This document shows positions 1 through 9,373 of a DNA stretch of 64,000 nt, piece by piece. How positions within the stretch are numbered: the first letter of the stretch is position 1; each line of letters opens with the position of its first letter. Location of the stretch: positions 25,164 through 89,163 of the forward strand of contig JAZQAZ010000031.1 of NCBI GenBank assembly GCA_045545475.1, given 5' to 3'. The position numbers were made by a program, and so were the translations under genes. A model generated the notes under the pieces. The model saw only the letters and a list, made by a program, of their open reading frames with translations, made no database searches and was not told the origin of the DNA. The stretch is from Clostridia bacterium. GTDB taxonomy: Bacteria > Bacillota > Clostridia > CAKSNL01 > HGM11501.

Positions 1-546
1 GTAGGATTGGTGTTTATGGTGCTTTTTAAGAAAACACCATACTCAGAAGGACTTATAAATTTACTTCTCAGCCTGTTTAATGCCGGGCCCGTTGATTTTA
101 TGGAAGGCCCCTATTGGGCAAAGATGATGGTTTTATGCATCTATACAATATGGGTTGTAATGCCTTTTAAAATTTTGATTTTAACAAGTGCTCTTTCCTC
201 TGTTCCGGAAAGCTGCTACAATGCGGCCAGGGTTGACGGAACGGGAAAATGGAGGATTTTCACAAAAATCACACTGCCAATGATTTCGCCCACGGTATTT
301 TATCTTGTTATAACAGGCTTTATCGGGGCATTTAAATGTTATTCTGATGCGGTGGCTCTTTTCGGAACAAATCTTAATGCTTCGGGCATGAACACAATCG
401 TAGGCTATATTTACGATATGCTCTACAGCGATGGGGGAGGTTATCCGTCTTATGCCTCGGCTGCGGCGATTATACTTTTTGTAATAGTGCTTACGGTAAC
501 GGTTATAAATCTTCTTGTTTCAAAAAAATACGTTCACTATAATTGA
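1..546 (+). CDS. Carbohydrate ABC transporter permease (5' end lies outside the window)
   Basis: EAA-like loop YNAARVDGTGKWRIFTKITLP; hydrophobic TM segments; frame open from base 1. Confidence 0.9.
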   Translation, partial: VGLVFMVLFKKTPYSEGLINLLLSLFNAGPVDFMEGPYWAKMMVLCIYTIWVVMPFKILILTSALSSVPESCYNAARVDGTGKWRIFTKITLPMISPTVFYLVITGFIGAFKCYSDAVALFGTNLNASGMNTIVGYIYDMLYSDGGGYPSYASAAAIILFVIVLTVTVINLLVSKKYVHYN

Positions 547-554
547 GGGTAGTC

Positions 555-1427
555 ATGAAAGAATTAAATTTTGAAAAAAGAGAAAAGCGGGAAAAATTAA
601 AAAACGGGATTTTCAAAGGAGTTATTTATGCCTTTCTTTCATTTTGGGCATTATTTGTACTATTTCCGTTTTACTGGATGGTGCTTACATCTTTTAAAAG
701 CTATGCCACTTACAATTCCGAGTTTATCCCAAAGTTTTATTTAACTTCTCCCACCTTTGAAAATTATATAGAGGCTTTTACCGCAGTACCGCTTTTTACA
801 TATTTTATGAATACGGTGATTTTTACGGTCATCACGGTTAGTCTTATGCTGCTTGTAACGGTTCCTGCATCATTTGCTTTTGCAAGGTTGGAATTTAAGG
901 GAAAAAATTTGCTCTTTACCTTATTTTTATCCCTTATGATGATACCGAATGAGCTTGTCATTATTACAAATTTTGTGACGGTTACAAACCTGGAGCTCAG
1001 AAACACATTTACAGGGCTCATTCTTCCGTCAGTGATGTCGGTTTTCTATGTTTATCTGCTTAAAGAAAGCTTCGGAAGCGTTCCTGATGAGCTTTACCGT
1101 GCAGCAAAGGTGGACGGAACAAGTGACTTTAAGTTTATGATGAAAGTTATGGTTCCTATCTGCAAGCCCACTATCATCACTGTGACAATTCTTAAGGTTA
1201 TTGAGTGCTGGAACTCCTTTGTATGGCCCAGACTTATAACGGACGAGAGAGAATATTTCCTTGTTTCCAACGGAATTCAGGAAATACGTGAAGCGGGCTT
1301 CGGTCGTGAAAACATACCTGCCATGATGGCGGCGGTGGTCGTAATTTCCCTTCCGCTTATTCTGATTTTCATAATTTTCAGAAAGAAGATTATGGAGGGT
1401 GTGGCAAGAGGAGGCGTTAAAGGATGA
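555..1427 (+). CDS. Carbohydrate ABC transporter permease (MalG/UgpE-like)
   Basis: ELYRAAKVDG EAA motif, PFYWM and WNSFVWP motifs; start placed at ATG 555 after GAGGG. Confidence 0.9.
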   Translation: MKELNFEKREKREKLKNGIFKGVIYAFLSFWALFVLFPFYWMVLTSFKSYATYNSEFIPKFYLTSPTFENYIEAFTAVPLFTYFMNTVIFTVITVSLMLLVTVPASFAFARLEFKGKNLLFTLFLSLMMIPNELVIITNFVTVTNLELRNTFTGLILPSVMSVFYVYLLKESFGSVPDELYRAAKVDGTSDFKFMMKVMVPICKPTIITVTILKVIECWNSFVWPRLITDEREYFLVSNGIQEIREAGFGRENIPAMMAAVVVISLPLILIFIIFRKKIMEGVARGGVKG

Positions 1428-3016
1428 AAAAAGTTTTTTGCATTATTCTTGCTATGAGCTTTATTCTGCCGATTTTTTCCGGTTGTCACGGCAAAAAGGA
1501 AAGCAGAAGCTTTTTTATTCCGGAAAGCTTTGATGAAACGGAGAATTTTGAAATTACCTTCTGGGCTAAAAACGATACCAATAAAATACAGACGGCAATT
1601 TACGAAAAGGCGATTTCGGATTTTGAGGCACTTTATCCGAATATCAAAGTAAAAATGAAGCTTTATACCGATTACGGTAAAATATACAACGATGTTATAA
1701 CTAACATCGCTACGGACACAACGCCTAATCTGTGCATAACCTATCCCGACCATATAGCAACTTATATGTCGGGAGGGGATACGGTGGTTCCGTTAAATGA
1801 GCTTATGGAAGATGAAAGATTCGGCCTTTCAGGAAGTGAAGTTAAGTTTGACGCACCCAAGATAGAAGAAATTGTCCCTGAGTTTTTATCTGAATGTGCA
1901 TTCGGGGATACTTACTACGCACTTCCCTTTATGCGATCCGGCGAAGCTCTTTACATTAATAAAGATTATGTAGAGCGTCTTGGCTATGAAATTCCGGATA
2001 AAATTACATGGGATTTTATATGGGAGGTTTCCGACGCTGCGACGGAGAAAAACGAGGACGGAACATATAAGTTAAACGGGCAGAAGGTTATGATTCCCTT
2101 TATCTATAAGTCCACGGACAATATGATGATTCAATACCTAAAGCAAAAAGAGGCACCGTATTCTGAGCCGAACGGAGAAATCAAAATATTCAACGAAGAG
2201 ACTAAGGAGTTTTTGAAAGAAATTTCAAAGCATGTGGGAAACGGAGCGTTTTCCACATTCAAAATTTCCAGTTATCCAGGAAACTTCTTTAATGCTGGAC
2301 AGTGTATTTTTGCCATTGATTCCACGGCAGGAGCAACCTGGCTGGGAAGTGATGCACCGCTTTCCGACATTCATGAAAACAGCATAGTTGAATTTGAAAC
2401 TGTCGTGAAAATGATTCCGCAGGTAAATCCGGATGAACCTAAAGTTATTTCTCAGGGGCCGTCGGTGTGCGTGTTCAACAAGGAAAACCCTTCCGAGGTT
2501 TTAGCTTCCTGGCTCTTTCTTCAGTATCTTTTGACCAATGAGGTGCAGATTGCCTACTCGAAAACAGAAGGATATGTTCCCGTCACAAAAAAGGCCAGGG
2601 ACGATTTTGCCTACACAGAATATCTTTCACGACGGGGAGAGGATAACGACACATTTTACAGCGTAAAGATTGATGCATCAAAAATTGTGCTGGAAAATAC
2701 AAAGCACAGCTTTGTAACTCCTGTTTTTAACGGATCGGCATCGCTTCGTAATGCGGCAGGTCAGCTTATTGAAGAAACGGCAAAATCTGTTAGAAGGAAA
2801 GAAACAGTGGACGATGAGTATTTTGAAGAGCTTTTCAGTGAAATGGAAAGTTTATACAGGCTTGATCAGACAGGAGGGGTTGGTGGCGGCAGGAAAAAGG
2901 AACTTTCGCCGTTACCGGCAGAATCGAAGATACTTCTTATATCCCTTGCACTTATCTGGGTGCTGATTGCTGTTTATACAATCGGGGAAAAAGTCAAAAG
3001 CAAGAAAAAATATTGA
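1424..3016 (+). CDS. Extracellular solute-binding lipoprotein with extra C-terminal TM helix
   Basis: Lipobox FSGC; SBP-type motifs (EITFW, YYALPF, SWLFLQYL, EGYVP); ATGA overlap with permease; C-terminal hydrophobic stretch plus basic tail. Confidence 0.85.
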   Translation: MKKVFCIILAMSFILPIFSGCHGKKESRSFFIPESFDETENFEITFWAKNDTNKIQTAIYEKAISDFEALYPNIKVKMKLYTDYGKIYNDVITNIATDTTPNLCITYPDHIATYMSGGDTVVPLNELMEDERFGLSGSEVKFDAPKIEEIVPEFLSECAFGDTYYALPFMRSGEALYINKDYVERLGYEIPDKITWDFIWEVSDAATEKNEDGTYKLNGQKVMIPFIYKSTDNMMIQYLKQKEAPYSEPNGEIKIFNEETKEFLKEISKHVGNGAFSTFKISSYPGNFFNAGQCIFAIDSTAGATWLGSDAPLSDIHENSIVEFETVVKMIPQVNPDEPKVISQGPSVCVFNKENPSEVLASWLFLQYLLTNEVQIAYSKTEGYVPVTKKARDDFAYTEYLSRRGEDNDTFYSVKIDASKIVLENTKHSFVTPVFNGSASLRNAAGQLIEETAKSVRRKETVDDEYFEELFSEMESLYRLDQTGGVGGGRKKELSPLPAESKILLISLALIWVLIAVYTIGEKVKSKKKY

Positions 3017-3040
3017 CATATTTTTCTTTTGGAGTATAAT
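3013..3040 (+). promoter_or_regulatory. SigmaA promoter for the 3073 lipoprotein
   Basis: TTGACA(3013-3018)-16 bp-TATAAT(3035-3040). Confidence 0.75.
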
Positions 3041-3072
3041 ATTTAAAAATAAATAATAAAGGAGAAAAAATT

Positions 3073-3786
3073 ATGAAAAAGTTTTTAGCATTGGTACTGG
3101 CACTTCTTTTGGTATTCGCTATGGCAGGATGCACAGAAGAGGCAGCAAACGAAGAAGTTGTTGAAGAGGTGGTTGAAGAAGTTGCCGTAATGACATACGA
3201 GGAATTTGCAGCAGCCGAAATTGACACCGAGGTTACAGTTGAAACCTATGTTCAGGGCAAGCAGTCCTGGTGGGACAATAAGGGAACTTTCTATACTCAG
3301 AGCGAGGACGGAGCATACTTCCTTTATGAAATGCCCTGTACAGAAGAAGAATACAATCTTCTCACAGAAGGAACTAAAATCAGAGTAACAGGTTATAAGG
3401 CTCAGTGGGCAGGCGAAGTTGAAATTGTTGACGCAACATTTGAAATTCTTGAAGGTAACTTTGTTGCGGAAGCATTTGATGCTACAAGCCTCCTCGGAAC
3501 AGAAGAGCTTATAAACCATCAGAACAAGAAGGCACTCTTTAAGGGTCTCACCGTTGAATCTGTAAATTACAAGAATGACGAGCCCGGTGATGACATTTAT
3601 CTTACACTTACAGATGGAGAAGATGACTACAATTTCTGCGTTGAAGTTTACTTAACCGGCGTTGATACAGAGGTTTACACAACAGTTGGTGAGCTTGAAG
3701 CAGGCGACAAGGTTGACGTTGAAGCATTCCTTTACTGGTATGAAGGCGTAAATCCCCACATCACAGGAATTACAGTTATTGAATAA
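3073..3786 (+). CDS. Acidic lipoprotein, probably two tandem OB-fold domains
   Basis: Lipobox MAGC, AAGGAG RBS; repeated GTKIRVTG / GDKVDVEA beta-strand pattern typical of OB folds. Confidence 0.6.
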   Translation: MKKFLALVLALLLVFAMAGCTEEAANEEVVEEVVEEVAVMTYEEFAAAEIDTEVTVETYVQGKQSWWDNKGTFYTQSEDGAYFLYEMPCTEEEYNLLTEGTKIRVTGYKAQWAGEVEIVDATFEILEGNFVAEAFDATSLLGTEELINHQNKKALFKGLTVESVNYKNDEPGDDIYLTLTDGEDDYNFCVEVYLTGVDTEVYTTVGELEAGDKVDVEAFLYWYEGVNPHITGITVIE

Positions 3787-3789
3787 TAA

Positions 3790-3822
3790 AAAAAACAGCC
3801 TGAATATTCAGGCTGTTTTTTT
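3790..3822 (+). terminator. Rho-independent terminator
   Basis: AAAAAACAGCCTGAAT/ATTCAGGCTGTTTTTT inverted repeat with T tract. Confidence 0.85.
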
Positions 3823-3837
3823 ACCCAATATTATGAC

Positions 3838-3866
3838 TTGACAAGTTATGAGAAATGTGGTATAAT
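3838..3866 (+). promoter_or_regulatory. Perfect consensus extended sigmaA promoter
   Basis: TTGACA(3838-3843)-17 bp-TATAAT(3861-3866), with TG at the extended -10 position. Confidence 0.85.
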
Positions 3867-3946
3867 ATATATGCTTCACGGAAAGATCTGTGGGGTCTAT
3901 TTTTCTGTTCATTAAATAGCTTAATAAGTTAGAAAGGAGAGGTGCT

Positions 3947-4135
3947 ATGGAAATGTTGGAACATCCCGATATTACAAGAATGATGCGATACGGAACGCTT
4001 GAAGAAACTGCAAGAAGAAAAAGACGCCCATGCTTTCTTAACGGATTCGTATACGGAGGAGACAGCGAGGACGAGGCAGGAGGGAATGACGATGACGAAG
4101 AGGAAGGCTTCAAAAGGCAGGCCTGCACTAATTAA
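3947..4135 (+). CDS. Small hypothetical protein, phage-like (62 aa)
   Basis: Strong RBS AAAGGAGAGG; N-terminal EHPDITRMMRYG resembles small Clostridia prophage proteins from memory. Confidence 0.5.
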   Translation: MEMLEHPDITRMMRYGTLEETARRKRRPCFLNGFVYGGDSEDEAGGNDDDEEEGFKRQACTN

Positions 4136-4322
4136 GAGTATTGCGGGAAAAGCCATTAAAGAGCTTGAGAGGATTGCATTCAGCGAGGAGGAACCTATAA
4201 AAATAAGAATGGAAATACTTAAGTGGTTTACTGAGCTGGAAGTGGGAAAGCCTAAAGCTTCGGTGGATAATGAGGATAATGGCGATAAAGCCTTTGATAT
4301 AAATGTTTATATCGAGGAATAG
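4092..4322 (+). CDS. Small protein resembling part of a phage terminase small subunit (76 aa)
   Basis: AGGAGG(4078-4083) 8 nt before ATG 4092; KAIKELERIAFSE...RMEILKW pattern and C-terminal beta strand FDINVYIEE. Confidence 0.45.
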   Translation: MTKRKASKGRPALIKSIAGKAIKELERIAFSEEEPIKIRMEILKWFTELEVGKPKASVDNEDNGDKAFDINVYIEE

Positions 4323-4357
4323 AAAAAGACTGTGATTCAACGAATCACAGTCTTTTT
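4323..4357. terminator. Bidirectional terminator
   Basis: AAAAAGACTGTGATTC-AAC-GAATCACAGTCTTTTT between convergent genes. Confidence 0.85.
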
Positions 4358-4368
4358 ATTATATGATG

Positions 4369-7300
4369 TCAGGCGTTGAGATCACCTGTCTCTGGGTCAG
4401 TAGGATCGCCTGTCTCGGGATCTGTGGGATCACCTGTCTCGGAGTCAGTAGGATCGCCTGTCTCGGGGTCAGTAGGATCGCCGGCCTCGGGGTCAGTAGG
4501 ATCACCTGTCTCGAGGTCTGTGGGATCGCCTGTCTCGGGATCTGTAGGATCGCCTGTCTCGGGATCTGCGAGATCCTCCTTAGGATAGTTTGTTTCAACG
4601 AATTCATCAATCGCATCCGTCGCATTTTGATATACTTCGTTTATATCTCCTATGGAAGAAACGGCATCAAGATTTACCTTATGTTCCTCTAAGAGAGCAT
4701 CTAAATCAGTATCTTCAGAGAAATCGTATCCGGTATCTGATGATACTCCTGCGAGGTAATCATCAAGCTCAGCCTTTTTGTCTTCAACAACCTGAGAAAG
4801 TACAGCGTCATCAATGTTACTGTATGCACCCTCAATTATTGTTTCTATTTCTGCCTTTGATACAGATGCATCAATTTGATCCAGCGCATCGGATACAAAA
4901 CTTTCTGCGTCTTGATACTTGGTTACATCGATATAGTTTTCAACTTCGCTTTTGCTATCTTCTATATAGGAGTTTGTGGGGATGTCATCAGCCTTGGCCT
5001 TTGCATCCGCTAAAGCGTTTTCTATTTCGTTTTCGGATGTAGATGCGGAGATGGCTTCTTTTCCTTCGGAAAGAATATCAGAGAAAATGTCTTCGTTAAT
5101 TCCGAGAACAGTGCTGTAAAGAGAAACATCTATATCTTCAATATAATCTGTAAGCTCAGTCTTAGCTTCTGCTTTTACATCAGCCAAAGGATCGATTTCC
5201 GGTGTTTCAACACCCTCATAATTTTCGGGATCGCTCTGAGAACTTGTGCGGATCAGATATACAAATTTTACAACAGGCTCACCGGCTGAAACGCTTGCTG
5301 AGCCGTTGGAGGTGTAGATGAATAACTTATCTGCATCCGTGAAGCCGTACTTGTCTTCTGTGAAGAGGTTTTCTTTAAGATATCCCTTTGCAGATGTAGA
5401 AGAGGAATACATGGTTACCTTTTCTTCTTCTTCATCATAAACGAAGAGCTTTGTGGCTGAAGCGAAATTGTGTTCTTCATTAAGGGATTCATCCATTTCT
5501 TCAAAGTAGTCTGTGCTGAGCATGGGATTTACAATTACTGTACCGGTACCGGTGTTTTCGTATGAAACAGCTGTTCCGTAAATGGTACGGTATTCTGCAT
5601 TTTCTGCTTTATTCTGTGTCCCTGTGGGATAGATATTAAAGCCCTTTATTCTTCTGTCGGAGGTCTCTGCCGTGTTATAGAATAAAGTATCGTCATCCAC
5701 ACGCTTATGGGGAAGGTTAGTAATATCCAAAGCGTGATAGAAATCATACATGGATTTATCAAGTGTGGTTGAGAAAAGTATTACGTCTCCGACATTCAAG
5801 TCATCATATTTTTCTGCCGCAGGACTACCTTTTGCTAAAGCTATGGTGTTTTCGGTAGAGTTTGCAGCTGTGCGATATTTGATTTTAAGTACGTCGGGAT
5901 CGTCATTATCCTCGTCTTCCGTTGCAGTAATCACGGCCATTGTGGAGAAAGATGTAACAACATCTTTTCCGTCACTTACATACTGAAGAAGGAACTCGGC
6001 ATAGTTTCCGCTTACGTTATAGGCTTCTATATAATATTTCATTCCGTGGTAGAAGCTTTTGTAATCAAATTTGCTTGCAGAATAATATTTAGTCTCACTT
6101 CTGTTTCCGGGAACGAAAACAAGAGTGGATTTACTGCTGTTATTGTAAAGCTTTACTCTTGTGGAATAAGTTGAAGATGCTTTATAAAATCCGGGTGAAG
6201 AAGAACTTGAATAATATACATGTCTGCCTTCGTCTTCTCCGTTGTCATCGTAAATGAAAGTGCTGCTTCTGAACAAGGTGTTGAAGCGTTCATCGCTTTC
6301 TGTAGAAAGGGTTCTTCCGTCAGAGTCTAAAACGGTGTCGATGGTAATGATTTGTCCGCCTGACATTTCATAACGGATAAATGATGAATGTGAGGTATTC
6401 TTGTTAAGAGGAGCTTCTTTTCCTTCGTTTATAAGTTCTGCAGCTTTTAAGAGTCTGTCCATTACTTCCTCGGGGTTGTTCTTTATGATAACGCCGTCGA
6501 ATCTTACAGAGGAGTCAACCAGTATGGGGGAAGAAGTATGTGAGCCAATGGTGGATTTTGAAGGATCGACCTGATACAACATCATTGCAACTTTGTCACC
6601 CTCTTCGGGAGTTTCGGATGCATCTATATACTGTTCGTCTCCGCTTCCGTCGGCATCCTTGTATGCGAGCATTGTGATGTAGCCATATTTGGAGTCTGCG
6701 GTGGAAATGATCTCTTCTATAGCGGCAACCTTACCGTCAGCGTTGAAATAAAGCTTTACATTGTCATACTCCTGGGGGATAAACTTGTCATCTTCGGAGT
6801 AATCCTCAAGATAATCAATGTAGTTGTAGTTAAGCTCGTAATCGACCTTTTTATCTGTGGATTTGTTTCTTATCTGAATCTTTTTTGTATCATCTGTATC
6901 AATAAACTTCACGAAGCTTCCGGTAACGGCAGTTGTTTCTGCGGGTGTTACTTCTGCGGTAAGGAAATCGTGATCGATGGATTCCTTATAATCAATTACG
7001 TCATATTCCTTGACGTTAGATACTTCCATACTTGAAAGTGTTTTGGAGTTTTTCAGAGACGATACTGTTCTGTCTATTTTTTTGGTCGTATCGCTGTAAA
7101 GAACGTTTAAATCTTCTGCTCCGAACTTGAATTTAATTACACCCGAACTTGCTACTTTACCGTTTACAACGGCTGTTTTGTAGGATTCTACAAAAATTAT
7201 ATCATACTTTTTGTCGCCGTCATTGGAATAGAATGTGAAAGAACCAATTTCTGTATCTGTTATAAACGAGGAATCATATTCATAGTTTTCGGCATCTTCT

Positions 7301-8478
7301 GTGTTTATGGATTTATCGTTGTAGATGATATAAAGGCTTTCCGGATCGGCAAGAGTCAGTGTTTGCTTCTTTTCGTCGCTGTCGTAGTAGGTTACTATTG
7401 TTTCGCCGGTTTCGTCTGATGTAGACATATCAATGAAATCATCCAAAGATACGGAAACAGCACGGTTCTTCTTTTCAATGATTGTTATGTCGGAAATATA
7501 TTCTTTTCCGTCATCATCTTCCTTTATTGTTGCACGAATGTGCTTTCCGAGATAGGAATCAATTTTTTTAGCATATTTTGATGCAACAGGCAAATCCTCT
7601 CTAACGGTCTCGTCTTCGCTGTTTTGGTATACGATGGCAAGTTCGTCGGAATAGAGGATGCTCTTTGTTGTATCAAGCATTGTGGTTTCTGTACCCCATA
7701 CAACGCCGGTGATTTTGCGGGAGGACTCATCACGGCTACCACCGCCGCCACCGCCGCCACCGCCACCGCCGCCGCCACTGCTGCCTCCGCTTCCGAAGCT
7801 TACGCCGGTGAATGTTGCATTTGTGTTATCTGTGGTTTTGTTATTGGGAGTTATTGAAAGTGCGTTATAAACGAATATTGCAGTTGTTCCTCTGGTTATG
7901 GGAGAACTTTGTCCGCTTGTGTGGGGAGAGTTTACAAAGAGTTTTTTCTGCATTGCAAGCTGAATATATCCGTCGGGATAAGAAAGATTTGTGTAGCCAA
8001 GGGCACACATAATCATTTTTACAGCCTGTTCGTATGTAACGGGAGCGTCGGGCATAAATGTTCCGTCGGGAAACCCTGCAATTATTCCCATATCTTTTGC
8101 GATTTTTATATAATTCTTTGCCCAGTGAGCACTTCCGCCGACGTTGTCAACATCCGGAAAACCGGAGTCCTGATTGGTTTCGGTTGTAGTGCCTAAAAAA
8201 CAAACAATAATTTTTGCAAATTCTGCACGGGTCAAAGTCTGGTCGGCTTTATATGTCCCGTCGGGAAATCCTGTAATTATGGATTTATCAACCAGTGCTT
8301 CGATGGAAATACCCAGTGGAGTGGAGTAATCTATATCGGAGAATTCGGTTGAAACTTCGCCTGCGGTAGTGTCGGCAGATGAAGTGGTCTGAGCAGCTGC
8401 GTCTTCAGCATAACATACAGGTATTGTAAGCATGCAAAAAGCCAGAATAAGACACAGAGCTTTTTTTAGCATAGTCAT
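4369..8478 (-). CDS. Large S-layer homology (SLH) domain surface protein (1369 aa)
   Basis: Signal peptide; SLH motifs (GFPDGTYKADQTLTRAEF, GFPDGTFMPDAPVTYEQA, ITRGTTA); poly-Gly linker; acidic C-terminal repeats. Confidence 0.9.
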   Translation of the reverse strand: MTMLKKALCLILAFCMLTIPVCYAEDAAAQTTSSADTTAGEVSTEFSDIDYSTPLGISIEALVDKSIITGFPDGTYKADQTLTRAEFAKIIVCFLGTTTETNQDSGFPDVDNVGGSAHWAKNYIKIAKDMGIIAGFPDGTFMPDAPVTYEQAVKMIMCALGYTNLSYPDGYIQLAMQKKLFVNSPHTSGQSSPITRGTTAIFVYNALSITPNNKTTDNTNATFTGVSFGSGGSSGGGGGGGGGGGGGSRDESSRKITGVVWGTETTMLDTTKSILYSDELAIVYQNSEDETVREDLPVASKYAKKIDSYLGKHIRATIKEDDDGKEYISDITIIEKKNRAVSVSLDDFIDMSTSDETGETIVTYYDSDEKKQTLTLADPESLYIIYNDKSINTEDAENYEYDSSFITDTEIGSFTFYSNDGDKKYDIIFVESYKTAVVNGKVASSGVIKFKFGAEDLNVLYSDTTKKIDRTVSSLKNSKTLSSMEVSNVKEYDVIDYKESIDHDFLTAEVTPAETTAVTGSFVKFIDTDDTKKIQIRNKSTDKKVDYELNYNYIDYLEDYSEDDKFIPQEYDNVKLYFNADGKVAAIEEIISTADSKYGYITMLAYKDADGSGDEQYIDASETPEEGDKVAMMLYQVDPSKSTIGSHTSSPILVDSSVRFDGVIIKNNPEEVMDRLLKAAELINEGKEAPLNKNTSHSSFIRYEMSGGQIITIDTVLDSDGRTLSTESDERFNTLFRSSTFIYDDNGEDEGRHVYYSSSSSPGFYKASSTYSTRVKLYNNSSKSTLVFVPGNRSETKYYSASKFDYKSFYHGMKYYIEAYNVSGNYAEFLLQYVSDGKDVVTSFSTMAVITATEDEDNDDPDVLKIKYRTAANSTENTIALAKGSPAAEKYDDLNVGDVILFSTTLDKSMYDFYHALDITNLPHKRVDDDTLFYNTAETSDRRIKGFNIYPTGTQNKAENAEYRTIYGTAVSYENTGTGTVIVNPMLSTDYFEEMDESLNEEHNFASATKLFVYDEEEEKVTMYSSSTSAKGYLKENLFTEDKYGFTDADKLFIYTSNGSASVSAGEPVVKFVYLIRTSSQSDPENYEGVETPEIDPLADVKAEAKTELTDYIEDIDVSLYSTVLGINEDIFSDILSEGKEAISASTSENEIENALADAKAKADDIPTNSYIEDSKSEVENYIDVTKYQDAESFVSDALDQIDASVSKAEIETIIEGAYSNIDDAVLSQVVEDKKAELDDYLAGVSSDTGYDFSEDTDLDALLEEHKVNLDAVSSIGDINEVYQNATDAIDEFVETNYPKEDLADPETGDPTDPETGDPTDLETGDPTDPEAGDPTDPETGDPTDSETGDPTDPETGDPTDPETGDLNA
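4378..4570 (-). repeat. Coding tandem repeat, about 8 x 24 bp (DPETGDPT)
   Basis: Unit close to GGATCGCCTGTCTCGGGATCTGTA repeated head to tail, in frame with the SLH gene. Confidence 0.9.
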
Positions 8479-8519
8479 AAATGTACCTCCTTGATGAAAT
8501 ATTTATCCAGTATATTTCT

Positions 8520-8548
8520 ATTTTACCATAAAAGGCAAGGCAAGTCAA
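8520..8548 (-). promoter_or_regulatory. SigmaA promoter for the SLH gene
   Basis: TTGACT-17 bp-TAAAAT with TGn extension on the minus strand. Confidence 0.6.
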
Positions 8549-8561
8549 AGGAATTTTATAG

Positions 8562-9371
8562 TTAGTCTGATACTTTTTGCCTGTTTGCTTTTATGTTTTT
8601 TATAAGCATTGTGATGCCGACTATAAACAGAACCAGAGATAGTGCCTGGCTGGTTCTTATCTCCGTCCCCGGGATATAGAGACTGTCGGTTCTGAGACCT
8701 TCGATGAAGAATCGCACAAGGCCGTACCAGGTAAGATAGAAGTAAAGGCAAAAGCCGTCGTATTTTATTTTTTTTGATAAGAAGTGGAGAACTGTAAATC
8801 CTACTATATTAAGGACGGATTCGTACAAAAAGGTGGGGTGGAACGGGCCACTTCCGTTTATGCACATTCCCAGTAAAAAACCATCGGAACAAACAGAGCC
8901 GTGAGCTTCTCCGTTAACAAAGTTTCCCCAGCGTCCTACAGCCTGTCCTATAAAAAGGCCCATGGAAACAAGATCAAGATAGTGAAGAACAGAAAGCTTT
9001 TTTGTGCGGCAGTAAATTATTATAACGGCCATTGCTCCTATTATGCCGCCGTAAATTGCAAGTCCGCCTTCCCATATTTTGAAAATATCCGAAAGGTCCT
9101 CTTTATAGCTGTCAAATGAAAAAATAACATAGTAAAGTCTTGCACATATTATTGCGGTCGGGAGAGCATATAGAACCATATCGAGGATGGGTTCTGTGCT
9201 TTTTCCGGCCCTTTTTTCCTTGATGTTTATGTAGAGCCATGCCAGGAAAAATCCAAGGCATATGATGACGGCATAATAATATATGCCGCCACCAAGGGCA
9301 TCAAATTCGACTAATCTGCGATTTAGATTAAGGTCAATTCCCAGATTCGGAAACTCTATATGAGTCTTCAT
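8562..9371 (-). CDS. lgt: Prolipoprotein diacylglyceryl transferase
   Basis: ARLYYV, IWEGGLAIYGG, GQAVGRWGNFVNGEAHG and HPTFLYES motifs. Confidence 0.95.
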   Translation of the reverse strand: MKTHIEFPNLGIDLNLNRRLVEFDALGGGIYYYAVIICLGFFLAWLYINIKEKRAGKSTEPILDMVLYALPTAIICARLYYVIFSFDSYKEDLSDIFKIWEGGLAIYGGIIGAMAVIIIYCRTKKLSVLHYLDLVSMGLFIGQAVGRWGNFVNGEAHGSVCSDGFLLGMCINGSGPFHPTFLYESVLNIVGFTVLHFLSKKIKYDGFCLYFYLTWYGLVRFFIEGLRTDSLYIPGTEIRTSQALSLVLFIVGITMLIKNIKANRQKVSD

Positions 9372-9373
9372 AT

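Noticed and set aside
4378-4570. 24-bp repeats as a CRISPR array
   Set aside because: Head-to-tail with no unique spacers, in frame in a protein, and no cas genes in the window
4359-4692. Overlapping repetitive ORFs (4359-4625, 4363-4692, 4376-4588)
   Set aside because: Shadow frames created by the stop-free tandem repeat; no RBS
7658-7870. Poly-proline ORF on the + strand
   Set aside because: Antisense shadow of the poly-Gly linker
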